Part shown: positions 17,139 through 24,826 of the stretch, in pieces
Numbering within the stretch: position 1 is the first letter of the stretch
Layout of the letters: every line of letters begins with the position of its first letter
DNA from: an uncultured Candidatus Saccharibacteria bacterium
GTDB lineage: Bacteria; Patescibacteriota; Minisyncoccia; Sungbacterales; HO2-52-23
Assembly (NCBI GenBank): GCA_964371935.1
Contig: CAYJOT010000001.1
Location: forward strand, 50,730-105,494
DNA length: 54,765 nucleotides
Direction: 5' to 3'
Position numbers and translations under genes: made by a program
Notes under the pieces: model-generated
Seen by the model: the letters and a program-made list of their open reading frames with translations, nothing else
Database searches by the model: none
Told to the model about the DNA's origin: nothing

Positions 17139-18461
17139 ATGTTCGCATTGAACAAAAATCGTCTTGTTATAATAATCATCTTGCTCGCACTCGCGAGCCT
17201 TTTGCTTTTGGGATACTTTCAAGCCAGGCATGAGCGCAAAGAAGTGCCCGACGTCCGTCTGGTGACTTCCTCGCCTCAAAAAACTGCCGAGTCCGCAATG
17301 GAAACGAACACCCCGTCACAAAAAACCGCATCAGTATCTTTTGCCGGCACGACTCCCGTTCAAATTAAAAATACAACGCCGCGCGCTTCAGTCACCATAC
17401 CGCTTGCGGATATCAAGACGTGCATGATTAAGCCGGTACAGCAAATCGGGCCATGCTATGATGCGCTCTTCCGCACATTTCTCAAAACCAATACGACCAT
17501 GGATGCGCTCAAGATCGTGGCACGCTATGAAGACACGGATTCGCAATTGCGCTATGCGTGCCACCCGGTAGTGCATGCGATCGGCCGCGAAACATTTGCC
17601 AAAACAGGCACCGTGCACGACTCGTTTGCCGCATGCGACCAGACCTGCCACTCCGGCTGCTACCATGGTGCGGTGGAGCACTTTATCCGCGGCGATCATC
17701 CGCCAGTTGGCGGAGACGGCACGATCAGACACATTAGCGAAGAAGAGCTGGAAGCAAAAATAATCGCCGCGTGCCCCGCCAACCAGCCAGGCCGGTTCCG
17801 GTTTCAGTGTTTGCACGGTCTCGGGCATGCCCTGCTTTTCTCGCTCGAGTATAAACTCGAAAACACGCTACAGACATGCGACAAGCTCGGCACCGGATGG
17901 GACCGGAGCTCATGCTGGGGCGGCGCATTCATGGAAAACTTGTTTCCGTCCGATCCGACCAAAAGCGACGTAAGCGCCACCGATTACCACTACCCGTGCG
18001 ATAAGCTCGGCGACCAATACAAAAGCGACTGCTACGTCATGCAGACCACACGCATGACCACCATGGGGCTCAATACCGCCGGGCTTTTTACCGAGTGTAG
18101 GAAAGCCGGCAATTACGCACTCTCGTGTATCCAATCAATCGGCAGAGATCTTTCCAATGACGCGCGCATAAAAGACCCGCGCCTCACCGCCGAAAAGTGC
18201 GAGTTCGGGCAAACCGATGCCGAACGCCAATCCTGCATCCGCGGCGTGATCTACGCGCTTATGGATAATACATGGGACGGCCAATACGCCTTCCCGTTCT
18301 GTAAGACATTTGCAAACGAATCCGACCGCGCCTATTGCGCAACCGCAAGCGCCCGGTATTTGCGCGCAACGTACGATAAGACAAAAGAGGCGATTCTCAA
18401 CGACTGCGTACTGCGAACTCAAGACCAAGCCGCATGTGCAGAGACGGTTAAGGAACTGTGA
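17139..18461 (+). CDS. Membrane-anchored cysteine-rich repeat protein (hypothetical)
   Basis: Start MFALNKNRLVIIIILLALASLLLLG is an N-terminal TM segment. Repeated C-x-x-G-x-G/H motifs follow (CHSGCYHGAVEHF, QCLHGLGHAL, CIQSIGRDL, CIRGVIYAL). Confidence 0.5.
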   Translation: MFALNKNRLVIIIILLALASLLLLGYFQARHERKEVPDVRLVTSSPQKTAESAMETNTPSQKTASVSFAGTTPVQIKNTTPRASVTIPLADIKTCMIKPVQQIGPCYDALFRTFLKTNTTMDALKIVARYEDTDSQLRYACHPVVHAIGRETFAKTGTVHDSFAACDQTCHSGCYHGAVEHFIRGDHPPVGGDGTIRHISEEELEAKIIAACPANQPGRFRFQCLHGLGHALLFSLEYKLENTLQTCDKLGTGWDRSSCWGGAFMENLFPSDPTKSDVSATDYHYPCDKLGDQYKSDCYVMQTTRMTTMGLNTAGLFTECRKAGNYALSCIQSIGRDLSNDARIKDPRLTAEKCEFGQTDAERQSCIRGVIYALMDNTWDGQYAFPFCKTFANESDRAYCATASARYLRATYDKTKEAILNDCVLRTQDQAACAETVKEL

Positions 18462-18491
18462 CGCAAGATTTGGTTATCCACAGCATTGATA

Positions 18492-18520
18492 TTGACAACT
18501 CTCACATAAGGGAATATGCT
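18492..18520 (+). promoter_or_regulatory. Sigma70-type promoter TTGACA-N17-TATGCT
   Basis: Consensus -35 at 18492-18497 and -10 at 18515-18520. No protein gene lies downstream. Confidence 0.45.
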
Positions 18521-18526
18521 CTATGT

Positions 18527-18595
18527 AGATGACGAGTTTGCTATGATCGGTACCGGTTGATTCCCCGAAGAGCCCCGTAAGGGGCTTTTCTTTTT
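18527..18595 (+). ncRNA. Predicted ~69-nt sRNA (locus 1) whose 5' end is antisense to the adjacent tRNA-like anticodon arm
   Basis: It runs from the predicted TSS to the intrinsic terminator AGCCCC-GTAA-GGGGCT + TTTCTTTTT (18571-18595). Nt 18529-18542 are the exact reverse complement of 18657-18670. Confidence 0.4.
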
Positions 18596-18632
18596 ATCTC
18601 AATGCCATGGTAGTATGCGTGTGTGGATACGA

Positions 18633-18703
18633 GGGCCGAGTCCGATCGGCATCGGGAGCAAACTCGTCATTTTGCTTTAGAGGTTCGACTCCCCCTCGGT
18701 CCA
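18633..18703 (+). ncRNA. Aberrant tRNA-like RNA, 8/4 acceptor/T geometry, 8-nt anticodon loop (locus 1)
   Basis: Extended -10 TGgTAGTAT at 18608-18616. Fold: acceptor GGGCCGAG/CTCGGTCC, D arm CCGAT-CGGC-ATCGG, anticodon stem AGCAAA/TTTGCT with loop CUCGUCAU, T arm GAGG-TTCGACT-CCCC (one A.C mismatch), discriminator A. Confidence 0.4.
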
Positions 18704-18708
18704 CGCCT

Positions 18709-18735
18709 AAAAAGCTGCCATAACGGCGGCTTTTT
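18709..18735. terminator. Bidirectional intrinsic terminator (AAAAA-GCTGCC-ATAAC-GGCGGC-TTTTT)
   Basis: The hairpin is flanked by an A-run and a T-run. It overlaps the argH stop and ends the tRNA-like unit. Confidence 0.65.
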
Positions 18736-20044
18736 AGATTTGTTTGAATTTTCTCTGCTGCTTCTGAACTCTTGCCCGATAATACCCAATACTTAAATTC
18801 CCCGGAGCACCCAAACTCTTTTTTGAGGCAATATTTTCCTCCAAGTTTGGTATGTAATCGCGCAGCATGCCCATAGCCGCCTTGTAGGCATCTCTGAATG
18901 GAATATCTTTTTCGAGCACCAATTTGTTGGCAATATCCGCAGCAAAGATGTCTTTATGAATCTTAATCCGTATGTTTTCGCTTTTAGGAGCAAGTCCTTT
19001 GAGGACGATCTTCACCACCTCGAGACTACCCAATATGATCTTTACACTCTCCATGAGCGGTTTCTTGGTGAGCTGTAAATCCCTGTTATATCCGGATAGC
19101 AAATTTTTGTTGATCCCTTTTACCGCAAGTTGGTTTGCGCTTACCACACCCACATTGCCACGTAAAATTTCCATCACGTCCAGGTTGTGCTTATGAGGCA
19201 TGATACTGGATCCTGTTACAAGACTCTCATGTACCACGAAGAAATCAAACTCTTGCGACGTGAATAAAAGCAGGTCATGTGCGAATCTGCCCAGGGTCGA
19301 CATAACTTGCACCAGCGCTTCAAGAAAAAGACTTTCAAACTTGCCCCGTGAATTTTGGCAGTACAAGGCATTGACCTGAATATCCACAAACCCGAGTTCT
19401 TTCGTGGTGAATACCCGGTCGAGCGGAATAGACACGCCGAAACCGGCGGCAGAACCTAATGGGTTTTTATCAAGGTGCTTTGCAACGAGCATCAGATAAT
19501 CCGCATCGTCAAGTAAACTTTCCACAAAACTCAACATATAGTGCCCCGCGCTTGAGAGCATGGCTTGCTGGGTATGCGAATACCCGGGCATGGGAATGTC
19601 TTTGTACTTTTTGGCAAAATCCAAAAAAGCTGCGGCAAGTGTCACGCATTTCTGCGAGATCATCATAAGATTGTGCTTCATATATAACCGCAATGCGACC
19701 AGTACTTGATCATTCCTGCTTCTGCCCGTATGAATTTTTTTTCCAACATCTCCAAGTTTTTGCACGAGATAATTTTCAATAATCGTATGACAGTCCTCGT
19801 CTGCCGGAGTGATTTTTATTTTCCCGGCGTGAAATTCCTTTTCTATCAACTCAAGCGTTTTAAGAATCTTTTTTAGTTCTTGACGAGTAAGGACGCCGAT
19901 TTTGTGCAGTCCTTTTGCATGCGCTCTGCTTGCCTGTATATCAAAAGGCATCAGAATCGCATCGAAAATATAATCCTGCCCTGCGGTGTATTTTTCAATA
20001 ACCGGATTGAGTTCTTGTTTTGATTTTTTCCACAATTTTGTCAT
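18734..20044 (-). CDS. argH: Argininosuccinate lyase
   Basis: Fumarate-lyase family signature SSIMPHKHNLDVME. Start taken at MTKLWKK (20044), just after the argG stop. Confidence 0.92.
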   Translation of the reverse strand: MTKLWKKSKQELNPVIEKYTAGQDYIFDAILMPFDIQASRAHAKGLHKIGVLTRQELKKILKTLELIEKEFHAGKIKITPADEDCHTIIENYLVQKLGDVGKKIHTGRSRNDQVLVALRLYMKHNLMMISQKCVTLAAAFLDFAKKYKDIPMPGYSHTQQAMLSSAGHYMLSFVESLLDDADYLMLVAKHLDKNPLGSAAGFGVSIPLDRVFTTKELGFVDIQVNALYCQNSRGKFESLFLEALVQVMSTLGRFAHDLLLFTSQEFDFFVVHESLVTGSSIMPHKHNLDVMEILRGNVGVVSANQLAVKGINKNLLSGYNRDLQLTKKPLMESVKIILGSLEVVKIVLKGLAPKSENIRIKIHKDIFAADIANKLVLEKDIPFRDAYKAAMGMLRDYIPNLEENIASKKSLGAPGNLSIGYYRARVQKQQRKFKQI

Positions 20045-20057
20045 AAAGTTGGGAGTA

Positions 20058-21314
20058 TTATTTCTGTTTCCGGACGACTTCATTTGCGATCTTCATCTGT
20101 AGCGTATAAATTTCCGTAAATCCGGCGCTCGCATTTACGTTGAATGTGTATCCTTCACCAATGTTGAAGGAGGCATATTTTAATCCAAACGGAGAGTTTA
20201 GGGAAATCACGCTCACATTGCCTTTATGGAGCTTTAGGGTCACAATGCCGTGCACTTTCTTGTTGACCTCATCGTTCAGCGCATTGATCGCGCTCATCGC
20301 GGGATCATACCATTTCGCTCCGTAGCACAAGTAGCCCCATTTGATATCAAGGTTCGACTTCACTTCATTCAACTCACGCGTAGAAACATATCGTTCGAGC
20401 GCTTTATGCGCTTCAACAATAATATGAGCCGCGGGTTGTTCATATACACCCCTATCTTTCAGACCCACAAGACGATCTTCTATCATATAGACAATGCCAA
20501 CGCCGTGCGCTCCGCCCCTTTTATTCAATTGCATGATAATATCCGCAAGTGGCAGTTTTTTGCCATTCAGTGCGCACGGTATTCCTTCTCTGAATTCCAG
20601 GGTAATCAACTCTGCTCTTTGCGGCGCTTTCTCCGGCAATGTATAGGTGGTAAGAAATTTTTCCACAAGCGGCACTGATGCCGGGTTTTCTATTTCTCCG
20701 CCCTCCCATGTCATGCCCCACATGTTATCATCAACCGAGTAAGGGAAATTCTTTTTTGCCGGCACCGCTATAGTATGTTTTTGCGCATATGCGATTTCTT
20801 CGTCGCGATCCATATTCCACTCGCGAACAGGAGCAATAATTTTCATCTCGGGATCAAGTGCGAGGATATACCCTTCAAGCCGAACTTGATCATTCCCCTT
20901 TCCGGTGCAACCGTGCGCAATGCAGGCGATATGTTTTTTCCGCGCGACTTCCACTGCTTTCCTGGCAATGATCGCTCTGCCGATTGGAGTTGAGAGATGG
21001 TACTCGCCTTGATAACACGCATTTGCTTTGATTCCCTTTGCCACGAATTCCTCCGCAAACTCTTTCCTGACATCAAGAGTAATGGCATCTTGAGCGCCAA
21101 GATGCAACGCTTTCTTTTGAATTGCGTCCAGATCATCTTTTTGCTGACCAAGATCAAGAGTTAGTGTCACAATCTTTGTGTGATACTGATCCTGTATCCA
21201 CTTGAGCATCACTGATGTATCAAGACCGCCGGAATATAGTAAAAGCGCCGTATCGACTTCTCCTCTTTTCCCTTCATATGAAGCTATCTTTTTATATTGT
21301 GTTTGTGTGTTCAT
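20058..21314 (-). CDS. argG: Argininosuccinate synthase
   Basis: LLYSGGLDTSV ATP-PPase motif. Start taken at MNTQTQYKK (21314). Confidence 0.93.
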   Translation of the reverse strand: MNTQTQYKKIASYEGKRGEVDTALLLYSGGLDTSVMLKWIQDQYHTKIVTLTLDLGQQKDDLDAIQKKALHLGAQDAITLDVRKEFAEEFVAKGIKANACYQGEYHLSTPIGRAIIARKAVEVARKKHIACIAHGCTGKGNDQVRLEGYILALDPEMKIIAPVREWNMDRDEEIAYAQKHTIAVPAKKNFPYSVDDNMWGMTWEGGEIENPASVPLVEKFLTTYTLPEKAPQRAELITLEFREGIPCALNGKKLPLADIIMQLNKRGGAHGVGIVYMIEDRLVGLKDRGVYEQPAAHIIVEAHKALERYVSTRELNEVKSNLDIKWGYLCYGAKWYDPAMSAINALNDEVNKKVHGIVTLKLHKGNVSVISLNSPFGLKYASFNIGEGYTFNVNASAGFTEIYTLQMKIANEVVRKQK

Positions 21315-21333
21315 AATTGTTATGCGGTTTAAG

Positions 21334-21371
21334 GAAGAAGCGGACTCGGACGCGAATCCGCTTCTTTTTTG
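21334..21371 (+). terminator. Terminator-like hairpin oriented for the plus strand, between GNAT and argG
   Basis: GAAGAAGCGGA-N12-TCCGCTTCTT followed by TTTTT on the plus strand. No plus-strand gene ends here. Confidence 0.35.
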
Positions 21372-21376
21372 TGATC

Positions 21377-21865
21377 TCAAAGAACAAACATTCGGCACTC
21401 GTTTTTAACAGCCCGAAACTGACACCCATGCTTATCGCGATTGGGTACCCGATCGCATGGTGCGCAGCTCGCTTCCCGTGGGACATTCGTAAACCATGTT
21501 CCAACATTTTCCTCATGCATGCCATGTTTAATAGCCAGATGAACAACCTTCGGATCATGCGTGATTAGAAACGCGCGATCTTTATTGGAGATACGCATGA
21601 CGAGGGATGCAAAAAGTTCTGAAATAATCCCCCTGCCTCGAAATTCATCCGCAACCCACAGCGACCCGATTTCTAGCCATCCTTTTGCTCTTTTTGTACT
21701 TACAGACCAAAGTGCGCCAAAAGCGATGATTCCCTCACTGCATTCGATGATCTCGGCACTTCCTGAGAGCCAAATCTCAAACAGCGCCTTCGCTTCAACA
21801 CGGCTACCCAAAAGTGAACGTTCACTTTTTAATCTTCGCGAAAGAACTTTCCATTTCTCTTCCAT
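21377..21865 (-). CDS. GNAT-family N-acetyltransferase
   Basis: WVADEFRGRGIISELF is a GNAT motif A. It lies upstream of argG, so an ArgA-like role is possible but unproven. Confidence 0.7.
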   Translation of the reverse strand: MEEKWKVLSRRLKSERSLLGSRVEAKALFEIWLSGSAEIIECSEGIIAFGALWSVSTKRAKGWLEIGSLWVADEFRGRGIISELFASLVMRISNKDRAFLITHDPKVVHLAIKHGMHEENVGTWFTNVPREASCAPCDRVPNRDKHGCQFRAVKNECRMFVL

Positions 21866-21903
21866 TCAATCTCTCCTTTCTTTTGCGATATGATACAAAG
21901 AAC

Positions 21904-21927
21904 AAAAACGGCCTCGTGTTTGAGGCC
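21904..21927 (-). terminator. Intrinsic terminator (minus strand)
   Basis: Read on the minus strand: GGCCTC-AAACAC-GAGGCC followed by GTTTTTG. Confidence 0.5.
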
Positions 21928-22078
21928 GCGTGGTAACATTCAAGTGTAAGATTTCACTACGATTTACATTTTTGAACACTAACAAACAACCTCAAAAATA
22001 TTCTTGAGTTCCTTCGACGACGGATTATTCTTTGGGTTGTTTTTAACATGTCTCTATGGCAGCACCACTTCAAATTTA

Positions 22079-22297
22079 TTACTTGCGACGGTTGAATTTC
22101 TTGATCCCCCGACCTAGCTCAACTATACTTTTTCCGGCAAAAAGTTTATGCCTTATTTGCAGATAATCACCGCTTGGTGGAGTCAATACCTGCCACACTC
22201 GCGCAGCTTTTTCCGGACCCAGCTTTTCCAAAATCGCCTCAAATGCGTCTGTGAGTAAGGACTGCCGGAAAGTTCTCTTTTTAGTCGTGTTTGCCAT
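22079..22297 (-). CDS. Small protein downstream of the PIN gene (putative cognate antitoxin)
   Basis: Start MANTTKKRTF (22297) overlaps the PIN ORF end by 17 nt. No family recognised. Confidence 0.4.
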   Translation of the reverse strand: MANTTKKRTFRQSLLTDAFEAILEKLGPEKAARVWQVLTPPSGDYLQIRHKLFAGKSIVELGRGIKKFNRRK

Positions 22298-22721
22298 AGT
22301 TATTAAGAAAAACCAGTGGGGTAACAATTCGCATACTTCCTCGATAGTGTCTAACTAAAGCATAATCGCAAGTAATGAAAAAGTCAACCTGCACAACTTC
22401 AGCAGATGCGACATGTAGAGCATCCAAAGGCTTGAGTCCAAATTCTTGCCCTAGTATCATTGCCCGCTTCTGAATCTCCTCTGTATAGTTTTGGTAGACT
22501 ACTGTATGCTGCATCACTTTTTCTACAAAACGCTTTCTCTCTAGAAATGGGTTGAAGGAATTTTCAAATTCAATCACCGATGAATTCACGAATTGTATTC
22601 TGCCTGTTTGTACTGATTGTATAATTATCAGCAACAAAATTTCTGCTTCAATCCTATTGAGCTTAATAGTAGGATCATCAAAGGGTCGATTCAAAAAACT
22701 GTTGTCAAGATATATCCTCAC
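22281..22721 (-). CDS. PIN-domain nuclease (VapC-like toxin)
   Basis: MRIYLDNSFL ... DALHVASAEVVQVDFFITCDYAL contains the acidic PIN residues. Confidence 0.75.
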   Translation of the reverse strand: MRIYLDNSFLNRPFDDPTIKLNRIEAEILLLIIIQSVQTGRIQFVNSSVIEFENSFNPFLERKRFVEKVMQHTVVYQNYTEEIQKRAMILGQEFGLKPLDALHVASAEVVQVDFFITCDYALVRHYRGSMRIVTPLVFLNNYGKHD

Positions 22722-22736
22722 ACGTCTTTTAATATT

Positions 22737-23834
22737 TTATAACCCAAGCACGCCAACCATCTGTTTGATGAGCGAAACCACCACAGCTGCGGGGAGCAAA
22801 CTGTACGAGGGTATGCCGTCATCATCGCTGATGACCCACGGCTCTTCGATCACGTTTACTTTCTTTTCCACTTCATTCCACCCATAACGATAGCTTGGAG
22901 TTATTTCGTAATCATCAATCGCTTCTGCGGCCTCGCTTACCGGCACGGAATTGCGTAGGAAGACCTTTGGCACGCCTTGCAGAGTTAGCAATGTACGCAT
23001 GATCTTATCATCCTCCTCGATCCGGTCGCGAATCGCCTCAATGCCCAGATCATCTCCTTCTTTTGAAACCATGCGCGCGGTTCCAAACCCGGGGCAGGCG
23101 GCATTGTCGCAGATCAGAAAGAATTCTTTTTTCTCTTCATCATATCCAACTTCTTTGGTCCGCAGGACTTTCGGACTCCGGGGGCTTTGACACTGGGGAC
23201 AGATCACCCGCGTTTTCATCCGCATATCCATAACAGTATTTGCCACGTCAATAAACGCGAAGAAGTCGGGGTCATCGCGATAGCCCATGATTGACCGGAA
23301 ATAGAGCGCCGCTGAAATCTGGCTCATCTCACGGGGAAATCCGTCAACAAATATTGCCTTTCTGCCAAGACGGCTGATCTCCCGCTCCACGAGTGCGAGG
23401 ATAACTTCAGTCGGCAACAGCGTCTTCGTATCGCGTCCTTCAATAATATCAAACACCTGATCAACCGGAATAAACCCGCGGTACCGTCCGGCTAAAAATG
23501 AGACAACATCTTTTTTCTTGCCCTCGTCCGCAAGATCGGCATGCGCGCTTCGTACCACATCCCCCACCGAAATATGCGCCACGTGCTCTTTGCCCACGGC
23601 TTCCATAAAAAGTTTCGAGTAGGTGCCCTTGCCCGAATTTTTTTTGCCGAGCAGAAATCCGACAAATATGCCCGTACGCAAATACTCGCGCAGCTTTTCA
23701 ATCTCGGCTCCGGCTTTGTGCTCAAAATATTTCCGGCGCCCCACCGGATCTTCAAGAGAAAATTTCAATGTGTCCCCCGCGATTTTTGTTTTGAAGACAG
23801 GAAATTGCAGTCCATTTTTATTTTCGCCGTTCAT
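22737..23834 (-). CDS. Adenylate-kinase-family protein, extended (365 aa) with a Cys4 LID
   Basis: P-loop GKKNSGKGT, HISVGDVVR, VDGFPRE, and a CPQC...C..AC zinc LID, with large N- and C-terminal additions. Confidence 0.6.
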   Translation of the reverse strand: MNGENKNGLQFPVFKTKIAGDTLKFSLEDPVGRRKYFEHKAGAEIEKLREYLRTGIFVGFLLGKKNSGKGTYSKLFMEAVGKEHVAHISVGDVVRSAHADLADEGKKKDVVSFLAGRYRGFIPVDQVFDIIEGRDTKTLLPTEVILALVEREISRLGRKAIFVDGFPREMSQISAALYFRSIMGYRDDPDFFAFIDVANTVMDMRMKTRVICPQCQSPRSPKVLRTKEVGYDEEKKEFFLICDNAACPGFGTARMVSKEGDDLGIEAIRDRIEEDDKIMRTLLTLQGVPKVFLRNSVPVSEAAEAIDDYEITPSYRYGWNEVEKKVNVIEEPWVISDDDGIPSYSLLPAAVVVSLIKQMVGVLGL

Positions 23835-23938
23835 ATGTAGAGAATGTAACAGATGTATTAAAAATATGCAAGATCAGCACTTACTCCCATATTGCTACAA
23901 TCGTAAGAAAATGATAATAGATGGTTACAAACCCAACT

Positions 23939-24805
23939 TTATTGTATCCTCTCAAACCTCTTCCCATCGCTCACAAATTCCACATCGCCACCCTGATCGG
24001 TACGAAATATTGGGATGTTAAATTTTGCAAGTGTATTGAGCGTCTGCTGTGTCGGGTGGCCGTAGCGGTTTTTTCTACCGACGGAGATCACGGCGTAGCG
24101 GGGCGAGACCGCGCGGACAAAATCTTGGGTTGTTGATGTCTTTGACCCATGGTGGCCGACTTTCAAAATATCGGATTTGAGTTTTGCCCCAGAAAGTAGC
24201 AAGCGATATTCAACCTGTTTTTCCGCATCCCCCATCAGCAGCGCGGAAGATGATCCATAGACCAGTTTTGACACCACCATAGCATCGTGTACGTTGTTTG
24301 GCGACTTCCCGACAAAAGATTCAAGTGGAGTAAGAATACCAAGCTCTGTTTTTGGCGAGAGGTGTATTTTCTGTCCCGCTCGCGCAATGATTACCGGAAT
24401 CTGTTTTTCTTTCAACAGCCGATGCCACTCTGCGTACTCTGCCGTTGAGTAGTTAGCATCCGACTCCAACACCATCCCCACATCATACCGCTTGAGCACC
24501 TCGACCAATCCCGCAACATGATCCGCGTGCGGATGCGTGAGCACGACCAGATCAATGGAGCGATCCCAAAATGGCATCACACTGCCGAGTTTGCCAAGCA
24601 CCGCGCTTGACGGTCCCCCGTCAATCAATACTTGATTCCCGTTTGGCGCCTCAATAAAAATACTGTCTCCCTGTCCGATATCAAACACCGTAAGCCGCAG
24701 TTCATCTTGTGCTTCAAGGGTAAAAATTGCGTACCAAATAAAGCCCGCTACGAGCGCGAGCAGAACTATAAAATATGTTGTTCCGTACTTGCGCAAGATA
24801 TTCAT
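23939..24805 (-). CDS. ComEC-type metallo-beta-lactamase domain protein (the C-terminal module of ComEC as a separate ORF)
   Basis: N-terminal TM segment, then HPHADHVAG and MBL-fold motifs. It lies immediately downstream of the ComEC channel ORF. Confidence 0.8.
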   Translation of the reverse strand: MNILRKYGTTYFIVLLALVAGFIWYAIFTLEAQDELRLTVFDIGQGDSIFIEAPNGNQVLIDGGPSSAVLGKLGSVMPFWDRSIDLVVLTHPHADHVAGLVEVLKRYDVGMVLESDANYSTAEYAEWHRLLKEKQIPVIIARAGQKIHLSPKTELGILTPLESFVGKSPNNVHDAMVVSKLVYGSSSALLMGDAEKQVEYRLLLSGAKLKSDILKVGHHGSKTSTTQDFVRAVSPRYAVISVGRKNRYGHPTQQTLNTLAKFNIPIFRTDQGGDVEFVSDGKRFERIQ

Positions 24806-24826
24806 ACTTTAAGTACTCTCATATTC

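Noticed and set aside
18543-18560. GGTACCG in the sRNA 1 region as a T-box riboswitch core.
   Set aside because: Only a 7-nt resemblance to the T-box sequence is present. There is no specifier-loop/stem I architecture, no downstream aaRS or amino-acid gene, and the RNA is too short.
18529-18670. The 14-bp inverted repeats as borders of a phase-variable invertible segment (inverton).
   Set aside because: This remains possible in principle. However, no recombinase is nearby. The repeats coincide exactly with the 5' end of a predicted sRNA and an anticodon stem-loop, and locus 2 shows the same functional placement with a shorter match. RNA-RNA pairing is therefore the better explanation.
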